Positions 49,169 through 57,562 of a stretch of DNA of 64,000 bases are shown here, piece by piece. Every line of letters starts with the position of its first letter. Positions within the stretch are counted from its first letter, which is position 1. The stretch covers positions 128,001-192,000 of the forward strand of contig CAVPNL010000003.1 in the NCBI GenBank assembly GCA_963706575.1, given 5' to 3'. A program made the position numbers and the translations under genes. The notes under the pieces were generated by a model, which saw only the letters and a program-made list of their open reading frames with translations, searched no databases and was not told where the DNA came from. The stretch is from an uncultured delta proteobacterium. Its GTDB lineage: Bacteria > Desulfobacterota > Desulfobacteria > Desulfobacterales > JAHEIW01.

Positions 49169-49181
49169 TGATCCAAACCGT

Positions 49182-49310
49182 GATTTTAGAATTTAGAATT
49201 TGGATTTTGGATTCTAACCAATGGAGTTAACCCTCAGCATTTTCGTCGATCTCGAAATCCAAAATCTAAAATCCGCAATCAAAAATCGATAAACTCCATT
49301 ACTCCAATAT
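49182..49310. repeat. Periodic inverted-arm repeat (7-nt unit) inside the Mgl cluster
   Basis: GATTTTA GAATTTA GAATTTG GATTTTG GATT ... AATCCAA AATCTAA AATCCGC AATCAAA AATC, then ACTCCATT ACTCCAAT. Confidence 0.75.
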
Positions 49311-49312
49311 TA

Positions 49313-50296
49313 TCAAAATGTTACATCATACACTGCCAATTCATCAGCGTATTCTTCCGACCACGAATCCAAGTTTTCAATCAGGGCGGACTGCAGTCCC
49401 AATTCCCGGGCCATCTCATTTACCACCGCAACGACCCCGTCAACCAGAGCCCGATCACTGACACGGCCTGAAAGCGTAATTTTTTGTTCGGCGTATTCAA
49501 ATTCACCTGCAAACGGATCCAGAAAGGAAAAGCGGTCTGCATTTTCAACAAATTTTTGCTTTAATAGCTTCTGAAAGTCCGCCTTTTTTTTCCTCTTATT
49601 GTGTACCACCTTCTCGAATATGCTTAGCAATGCTTCCATCATCACAATTGCTGCTTGCGGTTTATTCTGCTTTAGCGCAGCCGGTTGACGGTCGGTTTGG
49701 GTATTCTTAAATGGAATTCGGCAAACGTTAAAAATTCCGCCCCGTTCCTTTGTTTTCTGGATAAGCAGGTTTTGATTCTTTTTTGATGGGCTCGGAGTTC
49801 CGTTTCCCCAGGAATAAGAGCCGCCCATGTTTTTTCCGTTTATCAGGAAAATCAGACCGTTTTCCTCGCCACCACCGATGGTAACGTCAATATAACCGGT
49901 CATTTTCTCAGCGCTCATCTTTTTAATCAGACCCTCAAGATCCGTAAATTCGGTACTGAGATTTTTATAGATTTTTTCTGCTGTCGGAATACTGGCCCAG
50001 AAGTAAACTTCTTCAGGGCCAATTTGGTAAATATTGACACTGAAATTATATTCGTCTCCGGCTGCCAGAAGGCGCTCGACCGCGTCATTGCCTGAAATTG
50101 AAATTTCTTTATCCTGGAAAAAACCACTCACCAGTTGGTCTTGATCGAAAAAAATGACACCCTCGGCTGCATGGGACTTAAAATAGATGCCGCCCGAGCC
50201 AATTTCACCCTGAAAATGTTCAAGCAATTTCCTGACGTCTAAATAATAGATATTTAAGTTTTCAAGCACAGGCTGCCGTTTGGGAATAACAACCAT
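49313..50296 (-). CDS. Protein with two tandem DUF4388/DUF2226-like domains
   Basis: Internal repeat: VLENLNIYYLDVRKLL..SGGIYF..EGVIFFDQDQ / IYKNLSTEFTDLEGLI..TGYIDV..NGLIFLINGK. Confidence 0.7.
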   Translation of the reverse strand: MVVIPKRQPVLENLNIYYLDVRKLLEHFQGEIGSGGIYFKSHAAEGVIFFDQDQLVSGFFQDKEISISGNDAVERLLAAGDEYNFSVNIYQIGPEEVYFWASIPTAEKIYKNLSTEFTDLEGLIKKMSAEKMTGYIDVTIGGGEENGLIFLINGKNMGGSYSWGNGTPSPSKKNQNLLIQKTKERGGIFNVCRIPFKNTQTDRQPAALKQNKPQAAIVMMEALLSIFEKVVHNKRKKKADFQKLLKQKFVENADRFSFLDPFAGEFEYAEQKITLSGRVSDRALVDGVVAVVNEMARELGLQSALIENLDSWSEEYADELAVYDVTF

Positions 50297-50396
50297 TTTT
50301 GCCTCTTAATCTGTCTCATTTGCCTACGGGTCGAATGGATGCGACCCGATTTTTATCCACTAAGGAATGAAAAATTATGGCCAATATGCCGCTTTA

Positions 50397-51566
50397 TTAA
50401 CGACTTGACGATCTTCGTCGTCGTAAGCGTTCAATTGACAGGCGGATACTATCCTGCATCCTTGAAATCGCCTCGGCCAGTTCTCCTATTTCATCCCTGG
50501 ATTTGGTTTCAATTTCGATCCCAAGGTCTCCGATACTGATCCGTTCGGCAACATCGGTTAGCGATTTAATTTTTCCGGTGAGGCGATGGCCGTAAATTAA
50601 AACAATAATACCGATTAAAAAAATCGTTCCGCCGAGAATGGCCCAGGTAATCAGCCGTGTTTTTTCAGTGAGAAGACCGGCCCGGGTTTCCATCAGTCTT
50701 ACCGGACCGGTGAATTCATCCAGATAAGTCGTGGCTGCAACCACAAACGGTGTCCCCGCAACCGGTGTGCAGACCATAAATTTTTCGCGGAATTTTCCAT
50801 CCTTATCCTGCCAGGTGTAATAGCCTTGAGATCGTTTTCCACCTTTTACACCGGTGTATATTTTCCAAAAGCCCGGAAAATTCTTTCCCAAAGGTTTTTT
50901 CAGCGTCGACATATCAATAGCGATGATTTTGGGATTCACATGGGCCCATGTGCGCCAGATATTGTCCGGGTCAGGCATCTCATATAATGCCGTATAGCCC
51001 GTTAAGCCGACTTTCTGGACCGCCAGGGTCTTAAACCCCATATCATTCATAAAGTCTTTTTTATTGAGTTCAGGGTGACCCAACAGATACAGCCGGCACT
51101 GAATGGCGACAGCTGTTGAAAGATCCGCGATTTTGTCTTCCGCCATCTGATTAACAATTTTCGTACTTTCATCGGTCAGTAAGACAGCCATTTTGTCGAA
51201 TTGCCATAAATACAACAAGCTGGCACCGATCATGAGGAGCAACGGAAGGCAAAAGAACAGCAAAAGCATTTTGGCGCGCAAATTCATGAACCCGGACTTG
51301 CGAGCCGGCTTCACCGGAATGTGTTCGCCGGCGGAGCGGTCCAGCTTAATTTCGGGACCGGCCGGTGGCGTCCCGGTATCAGCCGACTCATTGGCGGTCT
51401 CGGTAACGGATAAATCGACCGCGGAAGCCGCTGCAGGTGCATCTTGCGGTTTTGAAACCATGATCATGTGTGTACATACACGGCATTTAAACCTTGCGGC
51501 AGCGCCTTTTATTTTCGAAGAATCGATCCGGTATTTTTTTCCGCATTCCTCACAGATGACAATCAT
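50397..51566 (-). CDS. MJ0042-type zinc finger + TM + Cache-like sensor + TM + HAMP, no output domain
   Basis: MIVICEECGKKYRID...FKCRVC; KVGLTGY, AHVNPKII, GYYTW (Cache); LTDVAERISIGDL..RDEIGELAEAISRM (HAMP). Confidence 0.85.
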   Translation of the reverse strand: MIVICEECGKKYRIDSSKIKGAAARFKCRVCTHMIMVSKPQDAPAAASAVDLSVTETANESADTGTPPAGPEIKLDRSAGEHIPVKPARKSGFMNLRAKMLLLFFCLPLLLMIGASLLYLWQFDKMAVLLTDESTKIVNQMAEDKIADLSTAVAIQCRLYLLGHPELNKKDFMNDMGFKTLAVQKVGLTGYTALYEMPDPDNIWRTWAHVNPKIIAIDMSTLKKPLGKNFPGFWKIYTGVKGGKRSQGYYTWQDKDGKFREKFMVCTPVAGTPFVVAATTYLDEFTGPVRLMETRAGLLTEKTRLITWAILGGTIFLIGIIVLIYGHRLTGKIKSLTDVAERISIGDLGIEIETKSRDEIGELAEAISRMQDSIRLSIERLRRRRSSSR

Positions 51567-51595
51567 GGCTGAGCTCCTCTATCATAAATTCTGAA

Positions 51596-52075
51596 TTAAG
51601 CCGGTAGGTAATTTTTTTCACGTATCTTGGTGGCCATCACTTTAAGAAAGACATTCTTTTTTTCTTCACGACGTATCTCCTGGGCCAATCTTTCGATCAA
51701 TTCGGTTACGCGATGGCCGGGAAATCGAGAGAGTTCATAACCCAGATTTTCAACTTCATCTTCTATCAGAACTTGGGCAATAGGGCCAACGGCAAGCGAA
51801 AGATGGACCACCAGATATTCGAAAAAATCTTTGTCCAGCATAATGATCTTTTGGTCCTCTTTTTCAACCAGCCCATTTTGCATGAGTCTGGCAATGATTT
51901 CACGCATTGAGCTCATATTCAATCCGGTTTTTCGGGCCACGGTACCCAGCGGAGCCTTACCGTCCAACTCCATAAAAACGGAAAGCATTTGATGGTCAAG
52001 CGGAAATTCTCCAATGTCTTGCCGGACGACACGCTTAAAAACCATAGCGGATAATTCGCTCGACGAAAAATCCAT
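51596..52075 (-). CDS. Hypothetical protein: winged-helix-like N-domain + helical C-domain
   Basis: ELDGKAPLGTVARKTGL..IIARLMQNGLVE; LSLAVGPIAQVLIED. Confidence 0.75.
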   Translation of the reverse strand: MDFSSSELSAMVFKRVVRQDIGEFPLDHQMLSVFMELDGKAPLGTVARKTGLNMSSMREIIARLMQNGLVEKEDQKIIMLDKDFFEYLVVHLSLAVGPIAQVLIEDEVENLGYELSRFPGHRVTELIERLAQEIRREEKKNVFLKVMATKIREKNYLPA

Positions 52076-52246
52076 GTTTTTACCTCATCGGTGACATTTT
52101 CACTTTAAAAGCCTGCAAAACGCTATACCGATTTTGTTCTACCGATATTGAGCGATTGTCAAGGTTTGAAACGCTCATTTTAGGTTTTAATAAGTTTGTG
52201 TTCCCAACCATTCCGGACAAAGAGGGTTTATAACCTAGAGGGATTT

Positions 52247-53083
52247 TTACTTTGATTTTTGGAGTATTCGCAATTCCTGTTTTAAGGTATTTAACTCGGA
52301 ATGAATAAATTCTTTCAGTTCTGCAACCGCTTCGGCCAGATTGGCAAGAGATTGAGGTGCGCCTGAATCCGTCGCCAGACTTTTTTTAGCAGATTTCTCA
52401 GAGACTTTGCGGCCAGACCGCGCGGCTTCTTTCTGCAGGGGTGCTTTGATCAGAGATTCAATTTCTTTGGGAGCAGATATAACTTCTTTGGGAATTACTT
52501 TTGCTGCCTTTTTCTTCGAGACCTGATTCCGGAGTTGTTTATATTTGTCCATTTCAACGCGAAGTAATTTTTTCTTTTTCGATTCAGCCATATTCGCTGA
52601 TAGGACCACCTCTTCCAGACGGGCGAAAACGGAGTTCAGGATTTTAAAGGTTTTTGGGTGGGCATTCCCACGATTGGTTTTGATATAAACGCCGAGAGAA
52701 CCCAAAAGCTGAAGAAACGTTAAAATGATTTTTTGGTTTTTATAGGTTGCTTTCAGACTGTCTACTTGGGAAAGAAAACCGGCCAATGCTTCTTCGGTGA
52801 TTTCCCAGTCGATTGAAAGAACCAGATTCTTCAACTCTGCCAGGGGATAATCATCTGACACGCCTTCACCATCCGTCTCCTCTGCAGTAACGTCTGTTAA
52901 ATCAAAAATATCTTCTTCTTCCGGCACCGCTTGTTTTTCTCGCGCTTTATTTTCTTCTGCGACCGTATCTTTTGCTTCGATAGGATTTTCATCGCCGGCA
53001 GACGTATCCCCTTCTCCAAAGAGGTCATCAAGACGTTTCGCAATCTCGGAGTCCAGATTATTGTCATTGGATTTATCGACCAA
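52247..53083 (-). CDS. Hypothetical protein: acidic disordered N-terminus, helical core, C-terminal coiled coil
   Basis: TTG start after SD AGGAGGGG, 11 bp from the mglA stop; LAELKNLVLSIDWEIT core. Confidence 0.8.
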   Translation of the reverse strand: MVDKSNDNNLDSEIAKRLDDLFGEGDTSAGDENPIEAKDTVAEENKAREKQAVPEEEDIFDLTDVTAEETDGEGVSDDYPLAELKNLVLSIDWEITEEALAGFLSQVDSLKATYKNQKIILTFLQLLGSLGVYIKTNRGNAHPKTFKILNSVFARLEEVVLSANMAESKKKKLLRVEMDKYKQLRNQVSKKKAAKVIPKEVISAPKEIESLIKAPLQKEAARSGRKVSEKSAKKSLATDSGAPQSLANLAEAVAELKEFIHSELNTLKQELRILQKSK

Positions 53084-53094
53084 TTTATCCCCTC

Positions 53095-53700
53095 CTATTT
53101 CAAGTCCCTTTTTATAGACGCTACCGTCATCGAAATTATCTTTTTCAAAGTTATGACGACATTGGTTCCTTTTAGCGCACTGGCTTTAAATGACGGTCGT
53201 TTTAACTGGCCGTTGAGATCTTTTTCAAGAAGATCGGTCGGAAGCAGCGGAATTCCTTGTTCGACAAGGTCGGCTTTATTATACTGGATGACACAGGGAA
53301 TCCTGAAAATACTCTTTTTATAATTGGCAAGGTTTTCCTGTAGATTCTTTAAAGACAAAATATTTTTTTCACGGCGGACTGCCATGGAATCGGCAACAAA
53401 AACAATGCCATCCACCCCTCTTAGGACCAATCTGCGGGTCGCATTGTATTTCACCTGGCCGGGTACGGTGTAGAGTTGAATTTTAACATCATATCCATTG
53501 ATCACACCGATATCAAACGGCAAAAAGTCAAAAAAAAGCGTACGATCACCGTGCGTTTTAACAGTGACCATCTCGGTGTTGATACGCTTCCGGAATTTTT
53601 TGTATATGTATTCCAGGTTCGTCGTTTTGCCGCCGCGACCGGGACCGTAATAGACAATTTTGACCTGGATTTCTTTATTTTTCAGATTTACAAATGCCAT
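53095..53700 (-). CDS. mglA: MglA small Ras-like GTPase
   Basis: KIVYYGPGRGGKTTNL (G1), DRTLFFDF (G2, catalytic Arg), LYTVPGQ (G3), QYNKAD (G4), ASA (G5). Confidence 0.95.
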   Translation of the reverse strand: MAFVNLKNKEIQVKIVYYGPGRGGKTTNLEYIYKKFRKRINTEMVTVKTHGDRTLFFDFLPFDIGVINGYDVKIQLYTVPGQVKYNATRRLVLRGVDGIVFVADSMAVRREKNILSLKNLQENLANYKKSIFRIPCVIQYNKADLVEQGIPLLPTDLLEKDLNGQLKRPSFKASALKGTNVVITLKKIISMTVASIKRDLK

Positions 53701-53763
53701 GCGATATCTTAAAATTCAAAAAAACAAACAACCATCAACGCGCCAAGTAAATGACTGACGGTT

Positions 53764-54168
53764 TTAGAGTGAAAGGAGCGGTTCCAATATGGTTTTCAGC
53801 TGCTCGACCGAATCGGCAACTTTCAGTCTTAGAAACCCCAGCGAAATATCATTGCCGAAAATGGTAATCAGCAAAAACTCGGTCGTAATTTTGTTAAAAT
53901 GGATATTTTCTTTTTTGCCTTTATGAAACAGCAACGAAAACTCATTTTCCCCGATGATTTTGGCCATTGCGCTGACAGCGCCGAAATTGCCGGCCGCCAG
54001 GGCCGCCAGCGAATAAATATCATGCTGTTTTTCCCCATTATCCAGGTTGGCGATGATGTTGCCGGCCATATCAATCAGAAAAACACAGCGGACCCCATTT
54101 TCTATAAGATCCTGCTGTAAAATATCCTCTATTCTGTCGAGTTGTTTTTGACCAAGTGTGTAAGACAA
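53764..54168 (-). CDS. mglB: MglB roadblock/LC7 GTPase-activating protein
   Basis: FLIDMAGNII, SLAALAAGNFGA, IIGENEF, SLGFLRLK; directly upstream of mglA; SD AGGAGG + TTG. Confidence 0.92.
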   Translation of the reverse strand: MSYTLGQKQLDRIEDILQQDLIENGVRCVFLIDMAGNIIANLDNGEKQHDIYSLAALAAGNFGAVSAMAKIIGENEFSLLFHKGKKENIHFNKITTEFLLITIFGNDISLGFLRLKVADSVEQLKTILEPLLSL

Positions 54169-54450
54169 TTGCTCCTCCTGAATCGTGTGATGTGCGGCTT
54201 GATTGATTGCCTAGTCCCAAGTGAATGATCATCAATCCTTTTATATTCAGAATTCCTTCTGAAAGAAACAGCCAATAAACAGGATAGCAGCGCTGCTGAT
54301 TGTCCAACAGCGCTTCTGCCGGCTTCCCTGGAGACAAAAGAGTTTAAAATGGCGCACTCGACCCATCTGCTTCCGCCGCAGTGCCGAAGGTAACCAATTT
54401 TAAAAAAATTTTAAGGAATTTCCGAGCTTTCGGTCTCTCTATCAACCTTA

Positions 54451-54478
54451 AAGTCGGTATTTTTTTTAAAAAACTTTA
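54451..54478 (-). promoter_or_regulatory. Sigma28-like promoter candidate upstream of mglB
   Basis: Minus strand reads TAAAGTTT-N12-ACCGACTT. Confidence 0.35.
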
Positions 54479-54638
54479 ATATTATTGAACAGATATCCCT
54501 TTAAAGGCCATAAAAGTCTAAAATCTTTTTATACTAGCCTTATGTTTCTTAAATTACACAAAAAACACCATTTTAGCAAGCTAAATCTTTGATTGGGGAA
54601 GCTTGCAAACAGGGAGCCGAAAACCGGAAAGCGCCGGG

Positions 54639-56534
54639 TCAAAGCTTTCGAAGGGCGGGAACATGAACTTCTTTTGAATTTGACAAATTCATTTCAATCA
54701 AAACTTCGTTACCGGATTGGGTGGTAATTTTCAAATCCGGGTAGCGTTTTCTGAAAACCTGGATCATTGCACTGTTCTCCCGCAATACCGATGCTTGAAA
54801 GTGCGTATAATTATTTTTTTTGGCGATTTGCTCAAGCACCTCAAGCAGATATGAGGCAATTCCCATACTCTGGTAATCTTCACGAACCACAAAAGCAATT
54901 TCAGCCACCTGCTCGCGGTCATAAGCATAGGTCCCAATGGCAATTATCTCTTTATGGCCTCCTTTTTGAACCAGGCCAATGATGGACATATTCTTACGGT
55001 AATCCACGCTGGACCACTGTTTTTGGACGACCTCATGCGAGAAGGAGCGCATGCGATAAAAAAACCGCATATAAATTGTTTTTTCCTGAAGTGAATAAAA
55101 GAAATTTCGGTAGGCAATTTCATCCGAAGGCAAAAGCGGTCGAAACTCCGCTGTTTTTCCATTTTTCAACTTAAACGTACTCTTATACCCTTCCAGAAAA
55201 AGCAGGTCTTCGGTGGAAGGTGGCAGTTGGTCAGCAAATATATAGTGGCGCATTTTGGCCACATTGATGAGCTGCTCGCGGAATTTTGGATGGGCGATCT
55301 GCGCCAGCTCCATGACCCGCTGATAAATGCTTTTGCCCTGAAGTTCTGCGATGCCGTATTCGGTAATGACAAAGTTGACATCCCCTCGGGTGGTGGCAAC
55401 TCCGGCGCCTTCACTTAAATGCGATACAATGCGTGAAACTGCACCGTTTTGCGCTGTCGACGGCAAGGCCACAATCGAAAACCCGCCTTTGGACATGGAG
55501 CTGCCTCTTAAAAAGTCAACCTGGTCTCCGATACCGCTGTAAAACAGATAACCCATGGAATCCGAACAGATTTGGCCGGTTAAATCCACTTCAAGGGCTG
55601 AACTGATAGAGACCAGGTGGTCGTTGCGGGCGATGACGGTGGGATCATTAACATACTCGGAAGAACGGAAATAAAAAGTGGGGTTGTTATCGACATAATC
55701 ATACAATTTTTTGGAACCCATACACAGGGACGCAACCACCCTGCCCGGCAGCAGTGTTTTTTTCTTGTTGGTAATCACCTTCTTCTCAAATAATGGCAAC
55801 AGGCCATCGGTAATGAGCTGGGTGTGAAGACCCAGGTCCTTTTTGGTGTCCAAATACTGCATGATGGCATAAGGCAAGTGACCGAACCCTATTTGAAGGG
55901 TGTCCCCGTCATCCACCAGCTGGGAGACAAAATGCCCGATCCGCAATGCAATATCGTTATCCTTTTCGGCAGGAACCATCTCCACCAGGGGCTCTTCGTA
56001 GGGCACCAGCCAGTCGATTTCGTCGACGTGTACGAAGCTGTCGCCCCAGGTACGGGGCATCAGCGGATTGACCTGGGCAATCACCAGGCGGGAGTTTTCC
56101 AGCCCCGACCGGGTGATATCGACCGATACGCCCAGACTACAATAGCCGAATTTATCGGGCGGGCTGACCTGAACCAGGGCCACATCCAGGCCGATGCGCT
56201 GGCTGGCAAAAAGTCGGGGAATCTGGGACAGATAGGCCGGAATATAATCAATTTTTCCTTCAAATGCGGCCTTGCGCATACTGGCGCTGATAAAAAACAG
56301 TTTAAGAGAAAATCTGCGCCGAAAGGATTCATCGTCAATATACCGCGAAAAAGTCGACGACAGCATTTGATAAACCAGAACATCCTGAATGCTTGAATTA
56401 TTAATCATCGCCTTAATCAGATGCTGGGGTTCACCGCATCCGGTACCGATAAAGACACGACTGCCGTTTTTAATTTGCAAAACCGCCTCCTCGGCGCTGA
56501 CAACTTTATTCGGGCACAATCGCATCAAATCCAT
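54639..56534 (-). CDS. Acetyl-CoA hydrolase/transferase fused to a C-terminal GNAT domain
   Basis: GTGCGEP, VSPPDKFGYCSLG, TLQIGFG, LEVDLTGQ, GIGDQVDF, TEYGIAEL; AFVVREDYQSMGIA (GNAT motif A). Confidence 0.9.
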   Translation of the reverse strand: MDLMRLCPNKVVSAEEAVLQIKNGSRVFIGTGCGEPQHLIKAMINNSSIQDVLVYQMLSSTFSRYIDDESFRRRFSLKLFFISASMRKAAFEGKIDYIPAYLSQIPRLFASQRIGLDVALVQVSPPDKFGYCSLGVSVDITRSGLENSRLVIAQVNPLMPRTWGDSFVHVDEIDWLVPYEEPLVEMVPAEKDNDIALRIGHFVSQLVDDGDTLQIGFGHLPYAIMQYLDTKKDLGLHTQLITDGLLPLFEKKVITNKKKTLLPGRVVASLCMGSKKLYDYVDNNPTFYFRSSEYVNDPTVIARNDHLVSISSALEVDLTGQICSDSMGYLFYSGIGDQVDFLRGSSMSKGGFSIVALPSTAQNGAVSRIVSHLSEGAGVATTRGDVNFVITEYGIAELQGKSIYQRVMELAQIAHPKFREQLINVAKMRHYIFADQLPPSTEDLLFLEGYKSTFKLKNGKTAEFRPLLPSDEIAYRNFFYSLQEKTIYMRFFYRMRSFSHEVVQKQWSSVDYRKNMSIIGLVQKGGHKEIIAIGTYAYDREQVAEIAFVVREDYQSMGIASYLLEVLEQIAKKNNYTHFQASVLRENSAMIQVFRKRYPDLKITTQSGNEVLIEMNLSNSKEVHVPALRKL

Positions 56535-56726
56535 TACTTTATCCTCGCTGAACGCTGTGATCTTAGATTCTATCACGCCTTGTGTCTTTCGTGATCTTTT
56601 TGATTTAATTACAATAATACGAATTGGAGATAAATCAACAATCAATTGTTTTCTAACTAAAAAGGCCCTATACTATGCATCCAGGACTTCGATTACAAAA
56701 ACGGGAGGATAGAATCCCCTGACATC

Positions 56727-57464
56727 ATGAAATCCTTTAAACCCAAAAGTCTGTATCGCCCGTTTGAAGGTCTCAAAACCCTTTTGGAAGCCCAGTCCGT
56801 TCCGCTAAAAAAGGACGATGGTGCTCTGACATCAGAATCAGCGGAGCCCACAGCAGATCCGGCAGCCGACCGCGCGCTTTTTGAAGCGGCCATGGCGGAT
56901 GTCGAAAGAATAACCCAAAACATTTGTGCCAAACAAGATTCTCAAAAATCAGAAGTTGCGGGGTCCAATGAAACCGATGAATCGGATACACTAGTTCAGT
57001 TAAAAGAACTTGTTGAAACCGGCAAAGGGTTTGTGGTTGCGGACACCCCCGAATATGTCGAAGGAATCGGCTACAATGTAAACCGGGAGGTTGCCAAACG
57101 GCTTCACAACGGCCAATTTTCAATCCAGGGGCACATCGACCTGCACGGTCTGACCGTTGAGAGCGCCCGAGCAGCCTTTGAAAACTATTTAAAAGAAAGT
57201 ATCGCTACCGGTAAAAGAATGGTTTTAATCATCCACGGTCGCGGCCTTTCTTCGCCGGTGAAGCCGATATTAAAAACAAAAGTAATTAATTGGCTCACCA
57301 CCGGGCGCTGGCGCAAGTGGGTCATGGCATTTACCAGCGCACGATTGTGTGACGGGGGCGCAGGTGCTACTTACGTACTCTTGCGGAAACGACCGGCAAC
57401 CAAACGGTATAAAAAAGGTCGCAAATGTAAAAAATTGCTTGACAAACGCCAAATTGATCATTAA
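56727..57464 (+). CDS. Smr/MutS2 C-terminal domain endonuclease
   Basis: IDLHGLT, IIHGRGLSS, DGGAGATYVLL. Confidence 0.92.
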   Translation: MKSFKPKSLYRPFEGLKTLLEAQSVPLKKDDGALTSESAEPTADPAADRALFEAAMADVERITQNICAKQDSQKSEVAGSNETDESDTLVQLKELVETGKGFVVADTPEYVEGIGYNVNREVAKRLHNGQFSIQGHIDLHGLTVESARAAFENYLKESIATGKRMVLIIHGRGLSSPVKPILKTKVINWLTTGRWRKWVMAFTSARLCDGGAGATYVLLRKRPATKRYKKGRKCKKLLDKRQIDH

Positions 57465-57562
57465 CAATTGTCGTTTTACATTTTATTGTTTAACCACCCC
57501 CATCGCAAACCATGTACCATCGGAGATGGGGGTTTTTATTCCAAATAATCAAGGAAAGCCAG

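Noticed and set aside
54590..54660. c-di-GMP-I (GEMM) riboswitch near GCAAAC/GAAA motifs (also considered at ~62205 and ~63218)
   Set aside because: Could not build both stems with a tetraloop/receptor, and the positions or orientations do not fit a 5' UTR
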